From positions 10,976,001-11,040,000 of the forward strand of contig CM075991.1 in assembly GCA_038087875.1 (NCBI GenBank): a stretch of DNA of 64,000 nucleotides. Reading direction: 5' to 3'. The translations under genes and the position numbers were made by a program. The notes beneath the pieces were generated by a model, which saw nothing but the letters and a program-made list of their open reading frames with translations, was not told where the DNA came from and did no database searches. Position 1 is the first letter of the stretch; each line of letters begins with the position of its first letter. Shown piece by piece: positions 38,173-50,427 of the stretch. This stretch comes from Malacoraja senta (lineage: Eukaryota).

Positions 38173-41100
38173 GATGCTGCCTCATGCGCTGAGTACTTAG
38201 TTTTATTTTACTCCAGATTTCCAGCATCTGCACACTTCTGCTTCTCCATTTTAATGCAACGCCTACATTTGTACAGTAACATCTCCCTCTGTTGGTAAGC
38301 ATTTAAAGATGTTGCACTCTACAATAGTAATGTATGCAGCTACAGTGAATCCCACACAACACTCACACAGATTGGTCTGAAGAAGGATCCAGACCAAAAA
38401 CTTCCATCTGACCATTCCCTCCACAGATGTTGCCCGACCTGCTGAGTTCCTCCAGCACTTTGTGTTTTGCTGAGGATTCCAGCATCTACAGTTCCTCGGA
38501 TCTCCAATATTTATGCATCATCTCCATCTGGTGGTGAGTCCTGCACATTGCAATAGTTAGGAGTCACCAAGTCTTAACAGCACAGTTAACTGCATCCACG
38601 TATGCAGTTATTGGTCATATTTTCCGTCAATGTTGCTAACCTCGAAGAACTACCACTCCCACACCACAGGTTTCTGAGGTGGAATATTCCAATTCTAAGG
38701 GAACATTAACACATGCCGTGAGTTTAATTTTAAATTAGAAATATACCATAAAACAACCCCTTCCACCCACCGACTCCACGCTAACCATTGATCACCCCTA
38801 TCTATGTTCTATGTTTTCCCACTTTCGCAATTAACCTACAAATATGCGCATTGTTGCTATGTAGTAGGAAACCGGAGCACCTGGAGGAAACCCACGCGGT
38901 CACAGGGAGAACTACAAACTCCGTACATACACCATCCTAGGTGTTTTTGTACGGTTCGAACCCGGATCTTTGTCCCTTTAGGACTAGTGTAGATGGGGCA
39001 TCTTGGTTGGCATGTACTAGTTGGGCGAAGGAGTCTGTTTCCTTGATCTATGACTATGACGGCGATTATGTGCGCCTCAAGTTTGTTCTCTTAAACAGGG
39101 ATCGTGGTGGGGGCGTGGAACGCGCTGCCAGGGGGTAGCGGTGGAGGCAGATACGATAATGATATTTAACAAGTTTATGGATAGGACAAGGATATTCAGG
39201 GAATGGAGGGATATGGATCACGTGCAGGCAGAGGAGATTACTTTAACTCAGCATCACGTTGGGGGAGTACACTGTGGGATGAAGAAGCCGGTCCCTGTGC
39301 TGCACTATTCGATGTTCTATGGTCCATATGACCCAGATTCATATTTCCAAAACAATGAAAGTAAACCTTGGAGTTTTTAAATGACACAACGCCCCTCCTT
39401 TCCCCCCCCCCCCCCTTTCCCCCTCTCTCCCTCTCAACCCTCCCTCTCCCCTCACTCCCCCTCCCCCTAGCTTGGTCTCCTGCCATAGAAACATAGAAAA
39501 TAGGTGCAGGAGTAGGCCATTCGGCCCTTCGAGCCTGCACCGCCATTCAATATGATCATGGCTGATCATCCAACTCAGTATCCTGTACCTGCCTTCTCGC
39601 CCTTTAGCCACAAGGGCCACATCTAACTCCCTCTTAAATATAGCCAATGAACTGGCCTCAACTACTTTCTGTGGCAGAGAATTCCACAGATTCACCACTC
39701 TCTGTGTAAAAAATGTTTTTCTCATCTCGGTCTCAATAGATGGACAAAAACAACAAAGGCCAAACGAGCGCGGGAGGTTGCAACACGGGGCCCCAGTTCT
39801 CGGTAGGAGGTGCGGAGGGGGGGGGGGGTGGATCGGAGATGGGGGGGGGGTGGGTGGATCGGAGACGCGGGAGGGGGGGGGGTCGGACTCGGTGCCTATC
39901 GAGGAACACATTCACCAGACTCACCATGCACCAGTTTTAAGCAGAATCTTCTCTATGAAATCCCCACACGAAGCAACACGAAGGCGGGGACAACCTCTGA
40001 AGATAATTACAAGTTGATGAAGAGAGACACGAGAAACAACAGATGTTGAAATCTTCAGCAACACACCAAGGGGCGGCGCAGTGGCGCAGCGGCAGTTTCC
40101 GCGCTTACAGCCCCAGAGATCTATCTCATCTTCTGAAGAAAGGTCTCAATCCGAAATGTTACCCATTCCTTCTCTCCAGAGACGACCCCTGTCCCTCGGA
40201 GTTATTCCAGCTTTTTGTGTCGATCATCAGCTTCTATCTCGGGCTCTGGTTTGTTCTTTCCATACCTTATACCCACGCAGGTACAAACTCCGTACAGAGT
40301 CGGGATCGAACCCGGGTCTCCGGCGCTGCATTCGCTGTAAGGCAGCAACTCTACCGCTGCGCCACCGTGACCGCCCCGTCGAGTCCCTTCTTCAGACTAA
40401 GAGTCAGGGGAGCGGGTAACTAGAAATATGAAGAGGTGCAAAGAAGAAATGTATAAAGATGAATGTACAGGTACATGGGTGGGAAAGGTTTAGAGGGACA
40501 TGGGTCAGACACGGGGAAATGGGACTCGTGCAGATGGGGCACTGGTCGATGGAGAATTGCAAAGTTTTCGGATCCTTATCTGTTCCGTTTGATATTCGCT
40601 AAGCCAGTCTTCATCAAAGTCAACCTAATCCATAATATGAAGGGGTGAGGGGGGGGGGAGGAGGGTCCCTGGTGCAGCTATGGCCACTAGCAGAAGATCT
40701 CCCCTCTGGAACGAAGTGCCTCCAGCCACACTGTTCCAGTCCTGTTTGTAACAATGACACCAATCTGACAACGTGGACAATCCCACACGTATAATTTCGC
40801 CTCTTTCAAATGCTGTATATTTTGTACAGTCACTAAATGGGAGTGCTATGTTGAGGTCTGCAGTTAGATCAGCCATGATCTGAAGTGAAGTGCAAGTGGC
40901 TTTGTGGGCCGTTTCTGTTCCAGGCGCACTTGTTTCTGTTTGCGCTTGGGGGCTTAGAATAAGCAGGATCAATCAAGCTCGGCTAATTGGCGTTCTCTCT
41001 ACTCGGAGTCACCTGAAAATCGACAGAGGTTGTCAAGGATGGTCCTATCCTTCATTGGTGCCCTGGTCAACAGTGTCGGCTTTAGGTTTGGACCGAACTT

Positions 41101-41733
41101 GGGACGGCCTTGGACCTAACATGCATCAAAGAATGGGTTTCAGCAGTGAGGTCAAAGTGATATCCAGGCAGCTTTTGACAGAGTGTGGCACCGAAGAATT
41201 AGACAAAACTGATGCCAATGGTCCATGAGATAACTTGCCAATGGTTAGAGTGGTACCACACACAAAAGGATGTGTTAGTGATTGATGGAGGTTAATTATT
41301 GCAGATTCTGGATATCATTGCTTTGCAATTCAAGGCAGCACCTTAGGGCCAATATTACCACTAGATTACTCCAGCACATCGTGTATTTTTTTTTTGTAAA
41401 CCAGCATCTGCAGTTCCTCGTGTTAAAGAAATTTTCATCTTCCTCATTAGTGAACTTCCTTGTATCGGAAAAAGGAAAGACTGGGAATATCTTTGGTTGT
41501 TGCACCATTCAATTATACGCACCAAACGTCAGCAAGGAAGCGCCTACACTGCCATTCAGCACGACTCAGGCATGGGACGATGGGTTACCAATAATCATCC
41601 TAGCCCCCAAATGCCATTATAAATGTCCTCACGGTGATTCGTGTTAACACAGTCACCAATACGAGAAAGTCCAACAATCTGCCCTTGAAATTCAGTTGTA
41701 TTATCATCACAGACAACAGTACAATCAACCAGC

Positions 41734-42233
41734 CAGCCAGCAGGAACATTTCTCTTGTACCAACTCTGCCTCGACCTGTGAGGTTTATTGGTTTCCACGA
41801 GACCCCCCCCCCACCCCTATCCCGCCCTCTTCTTTTGAAAATCCAAGGGATATAGATGTTATCAACACAATATCATCACGACTTTCAATGCTGCCTCCTC
41901 AGGAATCAGTCCAGTAAATCCTCATTACATTCTCTCAAGAACAGCCTCTGATTACATGACCAAAACATCAAACGAATCTAGATTGGATTGCCACGAGTAC
42001 CCGTGCAGCTTCAGAATACATTCTTGCTCCTGTACTTGAGTCCTCTTATAATGGAGGTTAAGACACAACTTGTGTTCGTAATTGCTTGTTGCATCAATAC
42101 TCCTGATTTCAGGGACTGTGTTCAAGAATCTTCTATTTGCCCAATCTATCGCCAATCCGGTACTAATCCATGTACCTGTTTCAAAATCATAGATGCTAAA
42201 TGCACATCTATTCACATTATACTGCATCTGACA
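41734..42233 (+). repeat. ~500-bp direct repeat, left copy (right copy 48489-48993)
   Basis: CAGCCAGCAGGAACATTTC...ACTGCATCTGACA is present on both sides of the L1 with scattered substitutions. Confidence 0.95.
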
Positions 42234-45200
42234 GAAAACGACGCTAAAATCGCGGTAAAATTGCGGTAAAAATCGGGACTTTTAAATGAGAAAAGAGAAA
42301 AGCACACGAGCACCCAAGAAAACTACTATAAGTCTTCAGCTGGAAAAAGTTTTGGATACTCTGCAAACAACAGAAGAAGGCTCAGAAGAAGAGTCTTATA
42401 GCCAAGGAGCTGTGCTGGAAATGGCTACAAAAGGAGAAAAGAAGGAGAAGGAGGTAAAGCAAATGGTTTTAGATATAACTGCTACAATCAATACTACACT
42501 GGAAAAGATGCAGAGTATGGAGACTAAGATGCAGAATATGGAGACTAAGATGCAGAATATGGAGACTAATATGGAGACTAATATGGAGATATTCTCTCAT
42601 AAAATTGATAGTGCTTGTGCAGAGTTAAAGGAGCTGAAGAAACAACACAATGAATTTGATAAAAAACTTAAATCGGAATTTGTTAGAATCGAAAAGGATT
42701 ATAATCAGAAATTTGCTGGTGAAAATGCTAAGATGGACAACATGGATGAGAGAATGGAAGAGATGGAAAATGATATGAAAGAGATGATTACGGAAATAAA
42801 CAGTTTGAAAAAATTAAAGAAAGATGAAGCAGAAAAACTGGCAAGAATGACTGAGAAATGTTTGGACTTGGAAGCGAGAGCGAGAAGGCAGAATTTGAGA
42901 ATTGTTGGAGTAAGAGAAGGACGAGAAGGACATGTATCTCAAACACGTACTTTCGTTGCTTACTTACTCAAAGATGTTTTTAAACTGCCGGAAGAATTAA
43001 GAATAGATATTGTTCACCGAGCTGGACGTGTCCCAAGAGGCATAAATGCTGTTCCAAGATAGATAATTGTGAAATTTCTTGATATCTCTTTAGTGGAATT
43101 TATACTGAATAAGATTGTTCATGGGGTAAATTTGATATATGGTGGGGATAATATTCGATTTTTCCGTGATTATCCTCCGGAGATTGTCCAGAGAATGAAA
43201 TTGTTTACGCAGCCAAGAAACATATTGAGGGGTATACCGAAGGTCAGATATGGGGTAGTTTTCCCAGCAAAAATGAAAATTACTTATAATGGAACCGAGC
43301 GCTCATTTATGGATCCCGAAAAGCATTTAAATATGCAGAAGATATCGTGAGAAAAGCATCGAAAACATCGGAAGAAGAGGTCGAAGAGGAGGAACAGTGA
43401 ATATTTTAACTTTTAAGATAGAGCTGGAACTGGTTAAGATGGTGGTTTTTCCAGACAGCTACCGAGTTTATCTGTCTGGAATGTGTATTTGAGAACATTG
43501 TCCATGTTTCACCTTGAATGAAAAGCTCAAATATAAACAAAAGGATGTTGAAGACACTGTATAAGGGACATGGATGAGATGATATTAATATTTAACTTTC
43601 TAACTATTATATTCTAATTATAATTAACCAACTAATTTAACAAATTTAATTATACTAATGATTAGTGATTGTATGTAGTAAATATGAATAAATCATGTAT
43701 AAACCATTGCTTATAAATTGTAATTAACCAAAATGTCTATAACATTACTAACGTATTTTTTTTGTGTGGGAACGCAACATAAACTTGGAAAAGATCCAGG
43801 AATGATGTTAACCCCTCGGTACCTGCTTGTATGGTAGTTGGTTAGATATATTGGAAAGGTATAAATACTTATAGAACTGAGAATATGTTGTGTTTTATAT
43901 TTGTTTTTTTATTACCTTATTTTTAACTTTTTAATATTTTCTCTCTGAGTGTTTTTTTTGGTGCTTTTTACTAGTGCTAGTTTGATAAATTTAAATAAGA
44001 ATAAACAAGATATGAGACGGTCTGTAGTTTTTTACGAGATGTTAATAAGGGATTGGGGTTCAATGTAAAACAACATCAAAGGAAGTCTATAAATTTTTCG
44101 CCACCTTAGGTGGCTATTCGTCTTTAAGGTATCTTTTCTTAGATACCTTAACTTCACTTTTTTTTTTTAAATCACTATATAAATTTGTATCTGCTTAGTT
44201 TTTGTGTAATTAATTTTAAATCACAATTTTTCTTGCTTTATCTAAGGTACTTTTGGAGAAGGTGATGTAATATAAACTTAAAAACTTGGAATGACCACCC
44301 AACGCCCAGAATTCTGAGGTATTTGTTTGCACCATATGATTCAAGAATACTACTTTGATATACAATGCAAGACGATAGACAAATAAAGAATGGAGGAATC
44401 ACATTCTGTAGTTGGAATATAAGGGGTGCCAATGAACCAATAAAGAGGGGTAAAATTTTTGCTCACCTAAAATCTTTGAAAAGTGACATAATTTACTTGC
44501 AAGAAACTCACATGAAACAACAAACACAAATGAGATTAAAGTCGAAGTGGATAGGCCAAACATATTATTCGTCATTTACTTCTAAATCTAGAGGTATGGC
44601 TATTCTTATTCGAAAAGGTATACCTTTCAAATTAAAGAATACTATATCAGATAAAGAGGGAAGGTATATCATAGTTTCGGGAGAAATTTATGCTACCCCA
44701 ATAACTATGGTAAATATTTACGCTCTGAATTTTGATAACCCTCAATATTTTGATAAAATTATAGATATAATATTAGAGTTTAATTATCAAAATGTGATAA
44801 TAGGTGGGATTTCAACTGTGTTTTAGATCCATACTTAGACAAATCAGTAAAACAAAGAAGGAGTAATTTAAAATCTAATAGTGAACTTCTAAATACTTAT
44901 ATAAAAAATACTAATATAACAGATGTATGGAGATCTGCTAATCCAGCAGGAAGGGAATATTCGTTTTACTCTTCGGTACATAAAACATATTCAAGAATTG
45001 ATTATTTTTTAGTGGATATGAAATTAATGCCACATACAATTAATCCAACATACCATATTAGTAGTATTTCTGATCAGTCTCCGTTGACTTTTTCTGTAAA
45101 ATTTGAGGGAATGCCGGGTAAAAACTTTTTTTGGAGATTTAATACATATATATTAAATGACTTACCGGGTTATCAATACTTAAAACAACAAATGAAATTA

Positions 45201-48200
45201 TTTGTTGAGATAAATGATACACCAGGTACCTCACCTTCTTTACTATGGGAAACTTTTAAAGCATTTATTAGAGGAATTATAATTTCATACAAAATTTTTC
45301 AAAATAAAAAGAATAAAACAGAACAAACGTTGTTAGAACAAGAAATAAGACAGTTAGAGTTAGATAATGCTAAAGATTCCACTATAGATAAACATAATAA
45401 GATAATATTACTGAAATTTAAACTTAATCGAATTCTCTCGGCAAGAGTAATAAGATTATTCCAAATTACAAAACAGGAACATTTTGAGTTTGGTGACAAA
45501 CCACATAAGCTGTTAGCGCACCAACTGAAAAAACAAGAAAAAGAAATTACTATAAATAAAATTAAATCCGAGAATGGTGAATTATTAATACTACCTAAAG
45601 ATATTAATAAAAGATTTGCTCAATTTTATCAAAATTTATATACATCAAAAACTAAAACAGAAGATAGTAAAATTAATTTTTTTTTAGATAATTGTAATCT
45701 ACCAAAACTTGATCTTTTGGAACAAGAAGAACTCGGAGCACAAATTACAATCGAAGAAATAGGTGAAACAATAAAATCGTTGAAAAATGGTAAGACACCG
45801 GGACCAGATGGTTTTAGTAATGAATTTTATAAAAAAATTCATGAGATAACGACCCCCTATTTATTTAATTTATATACTCACGCTTTTAAAGAAAATAAAT
45901 TACCTGAAACATTAGCAGAATCAACTATCACGCTTATTCCAAAGAAAGATAAAGATCTAGAGGAACCGGGCTCATATAGAGCTATATCACTTTTAAATAC
46001 AGATCAGAAAATTTTAGCAAAAACCCTAGCCAGAAGATTAAGCAAATATATTAGTAAATTGATAAATCCTGATCAAACGGGGTTTATACCCAAAAGATAT
46101 TCATTTAATAATTTGAGACACCTGTTTAATATAATGTACTCACATAAAGTGGAGGAAGAAGACATATCAATTATTTCTTTGGACGCAGAGAAAGCATTTG
46201 ATCAGGTAGAATGGCAGTATTTATACAAAGTATTACAAAAATTTAATATGGGAGAGAATTTTATTACATGGGTGAAATTATTATATGATAAACCGATGGC
46301 AAGAATATTAACTAATAGTATGTTATCTCCAAAATTTCAATTATCGAGGGGTAATAGGCAGGAATGTGCTTTATCACGCCTGCTATTTGCCCTTATGATA
46401 GAACCTTTGGCCGAAAGTATAAGAAGTCATCCGAATATTCAGGGTTATAATACTAGGGCCTCAAATAATAAAATTTCATTATATGCAGACGATATACTGT
46501 TATATATAACAAACTCACAAACGAGCATACCAAATTTATTAAACTTAGAGGAATTTGGGTCCTTTTCTGGATATAGAATAAATTGGAACAAAAGTGAAAT
46601 CATGACGTTAAAACCTCAAGAATCCACACACTTACTGAAGTTCCCCTTTAAAATAGCAACAGAAAAATTTAAATATCTGGGTATTCAGATTACTAGAAAA
46701 CATAAAGCTTTATTTAATATCAATTTTATACCTTTAATAAATAAACTTAATATAATGATTAAATTTTGGAAAACACTTCCTTTATCACTAATAGGTAGAA
46801 TAAACGCTATAAAAATGATCTTTCTACCACAGTTATTATACCTATTTCAGTCTATACCAGTATATGTACCGAAATATTTTGTTTCTAAATTAAACTCTAA
46901 TATTACTAATTTTGTTTGGGACTATAAATCACATAGAATTAAAAAAGAACACTTATGTAAACCAAAAGATGTCGGGGGACTTTCACTCCCGAATTTACTG
47001 TATTACTATTGGGCAATACATATTAAGAATATAATTTACTGGTTGGATAGTTCAACCCAACAGACAGAATGGATAAAAATGGAGAAAGAGGATTGTTACC
47101 CTTATAAGATAGGAACGATCCTCTTCTCCCCGAAAAAAATGAACAATACAATATATAAGAAGAACCCAATTATACAAGATACAATAAGAATATGGAAACA
47201 AATAAAATTATCCTTAAAATTAAGAAACCTATCATTGTTAACACCGATAGCGAATAATCCTTTATTTAAACCATCTATGATGGACAAAATATATAATCAA
47301 TGGGAAAGTTTAAGAATTAAAAGAATCGGGGACATGTATGAAATGGGAGATTTATTATCATTTCAACAATTACAATTAAAATTTAAACTGAAAAACAATC
47401 ATTATTTTAAATATTTTCAGATTTGCAATTTCTTGAAGACATACATACAGGGATATCAAAAAATAATTCCTGATTTATTGGAAGAAGTAATGAATATTAA
47501 AGCTGATACACAAAAATTAATATCATATTTATATAATAGTATTTTAAATATAGATTTACCTGCGACTGAGGTAATTAGAGAAGAGTGGGAACGGGAATTA
47601 ATGATAAAAATTACGAAGGTTACATGGGAAAAGTATTTGACATACATTCACAAATGTTCGATTAATGCAAGACATAATCTAATTTAATTTAAAATTTTAC
47701 ATAGATTGTATTACTCAAAAACAAGATTAAATAAATTGTACCCAAATATATCCCCCACTTGCGATAAATGTTTAATCCAAGATGCAACTATAACACACTC
47801 TTTTGGTTCCTGTATAAAACGTTATAGATTTTGGAGTGATATTTTCGAAATATTCACAAAATTATTTAAGATAAAAATGGAACCTAATAATGAATTGATT
47901 GTATTTGGGGTAATGGAAGATGGGAATAAATTGAATCCATCTCAAAAATTATTTTTAAATTATGGTTTAATAATAGCAAAAAATTAATACTTAAATTTTG
48001 GAAAAATACACCAATACCAATGCTCAAAATGAGGATTGCAAGTATGTTGGACACTGCACATCTTGAGGAAATGCGATTCCTCCTAATAGATAAATTTGAC
48101 CAATTCACAACGAGTTGGTCTGCATTTGTCGTCTTTTTGGAATCATATGGTGCAACACAATTGTAAAAGCTAACTCATGACTGGGCGAGGGATGGTCAAG

Positions 48201-48488
48201 ATTATAAATAAGATCTCCTTACTTCTTTTTTCTTTTTCTTCCTTTTTTTTCTTTTATTCTCTTTTTCCTATTTTCTACTCTTTAACTTTCCTCTTTCACT
48301 CTCTATTTTTCTTCTCCACACACTATATATCTCACATTTTTCAATACTTCATCATCTAATTTCTTTTTCTTTTCTTCTTTATTATAATAACAAAATAAGA
48401 AGCTGTACATAAAATGTATTATGAAAATATGATTGTATACAATTGTACTTACTTCTAATAAAATAAAAATATTTAAAAAAACAAAAAA
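42234..48488 (+). mobile_element. Near-full-length L1-clade LINE, inactivated (ORF1 ~42286-43400; ORF2 ~44365-48166; 3'UTR and poly-A)
   Basis: ORF1 coiled coil plus LEARARRQNLRIVGVREG. ORF2 has APE endonuclease (SWNIRG, LQETH), RT (KTPGPDGF, SLDAEKAFD, LYADD) and a C-terminal Cys motif. Stops at 43060 and 47685; frameshifts near 43320, 44810 and 47980. AATAAA at 48457 and an A-rich tail. Confidence 0.95.
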
Positions 48489-48993
48489 CAGCCAGCAGGA
48501 ACATTTCTCTTGTACCAACTCTGCCTCGACCTGTGAGGTATATTGGTTTCCACGAGTTCCCCCCCCCCCCCCCACCCCCATCCCGCCCTCTTCTTTGAAA
48601 ATCCAAACGATATAGATGAAATCAACACAATATCATTACGACTTTCAATGCTGCCTCCTCAGGAATCAGTCCAGTAAATCCTCATTACATTCTCTCAAGA
48701 ACAGCCTCTGATTACATGACCAAAACATCAAACGAATCTAGATTGGATTGCCACGAGTACCTGTGCAGCTTCAGAATACATTCTTGCTCCTGTACTTGAG
48801 TCCTCTTATAATGGAGGTTAAGACACAACTTGTGTTCGTAATTGCTTGTTGCATCAATACTCCTGATTTCAGGGACTGTGTTCAAGAATCTTCTATTTGC
48901 CCAATCTATCGCCAATCCGGTACTAATCCATGTACCTGTTTCAAAATCATAGTTGCGAAATTCACATCTATTCACATTATACTGCATCTGACA
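48489..48993 (+). repeat. ~500-bp direct repeat, right copy
   Basis: Begins immediately after the L1 poly-A tail. Confidence 0.95.
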
Positions 48994-49827
48994 TGTACGT
49001 TTTTTACTCACACAACCTGTTTACATTACAACGCAATCAACTTCTTCTCACTGTTCACATCAATGACAAAGATGAAAGCAGAATTCGGGGGTTATAGAAG
49101 AAGTAACAAAAAATCGGGATCAGAGAAGATGTAAGTCATAAAAACAAGTTTATTGTCGCTTGGAAGAAAAGCAGATGGTGGTCAAATATGTACAACTTTT
49201 GATTTCGTTTTTGGTGAACGGTTGTAAATTTCTCACAGAGTGCTGGAGTAACTCAGCGGGTCAGGCAGCATCTGTGGAGATTCGTGTTAACACATTCATT
49301 GTCACTCGATATATTTTGTCCAAAGATCGGATACAGAAATCTACAATAATCATGTAACAAGCAAGTCAGTTAGTGGCCTGAGTCAGTGTGAAGTTGTCAA
49401 CTTTCGCCTGTCAATGATCAATGTTTCTCCGTGTGTTTCTTTCCTTCAGTTTAATTAGAATAAACTTTGAGCATTTTTGTCCATTCTCCAAGCTCAGATT
49501 CTGGCTCGCCTTTAAAAAGGAACTAGTCGCAAAAACAAGATTATTCTCACCTAAAGGAAAAGGGGATAATAGTTAGAATGTAAAGTTGTTGAGTTCAATG
49601 TTGTGAGTGAAAGGCTGTATTTTATGTTCATGGTGATTGATGATAACACAAGTATCTTCGATCTCATTGGTCCAGTGATCGGTCATTGATCCCTTGCAAG
49701 TACTATCGCAACGTTTGAGAAACATTTTAACAGATACATGGAGTAAGAAATGTGTAGATAGAGCATGCTGGTCGGTGTGGGCAAGTTTGGCCAAAGGGCC
49801 TGGTTCCACGCTGTATGACTCTATGAC

Positions 49828-50190
49828 TGCCCAGTCCATCATCGCCTCTGACCTCCCCACCATCGAGGGGATCTATCGCAGGCGCTGCCTCAAAAAGGCT
49901 GCCAGCATCATCAAGGACCCACACCATCCTGGCCACACACTCATCTTTCTGCTGCCATCAGCTAGAAGGTACAGGAGCCTGAAATCTGCAACATCCAGGT
50001 TCGGGAATAGCTGCTTCCCCACAACCATCAGACGATTAAACACAACTTCAAACAAACTATGCACTATAACAGTATTGCACTTTACCTGTGTATTTATGTG
50101 TGTATATATATATTCTGTTGTGCTGCAGCAAGCAAGAATTTCATTGTCCTATCTGGGACACATGACAATAAACTCTCTTGACTTGACTTG
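49828..50190 (+). mobile_element. Rex1/Babar-like LINE 3' end
   Basis: LPTIEGIYRRRCLKKAASIIKDPHHPGH..FLLPS.RRYRSL; (CTTGA)n tail. Related copies at ~32000-32350 (+) and ~36107-36495 (-). Confidence 0.75.
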
Positions 50191-50427
50191 AGTTCTCTCA
50201 ATGATTCTCTGTTGAAGCCGCCAATACTCACGTGGCAAAAAAGTAAATTTTGAATAAATGTGAAGTTGTCAACATTTGTCTAAAAACTGATCAACGTTAC
50301 CCCGTGTGTTTTCTTCTGATATGAATAAACTTTGAGCATTTCTGTTCATTCTCCAAGCTCAGAATCTGTCTTGTCTACAAAAAGGTGTCAGCGCTACTCT
50401 TCAGGTAACCGGCAGCTCTGTATAGAT

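Noticed and set aside
39780..39900. G-run tract and overlapping Gly/Pro-rich ORFs
   Set aside because: Low-complexity sequence; the ORFs are compositional artefacts.
41952..42227. Duplicated minus-strand ORF (also 48712-49011) as a small gene
   Set aside because: Resembles a decayed CR1 ORF2 (QMQYNV..C) and is present twice only because of the 500-bp duplication.
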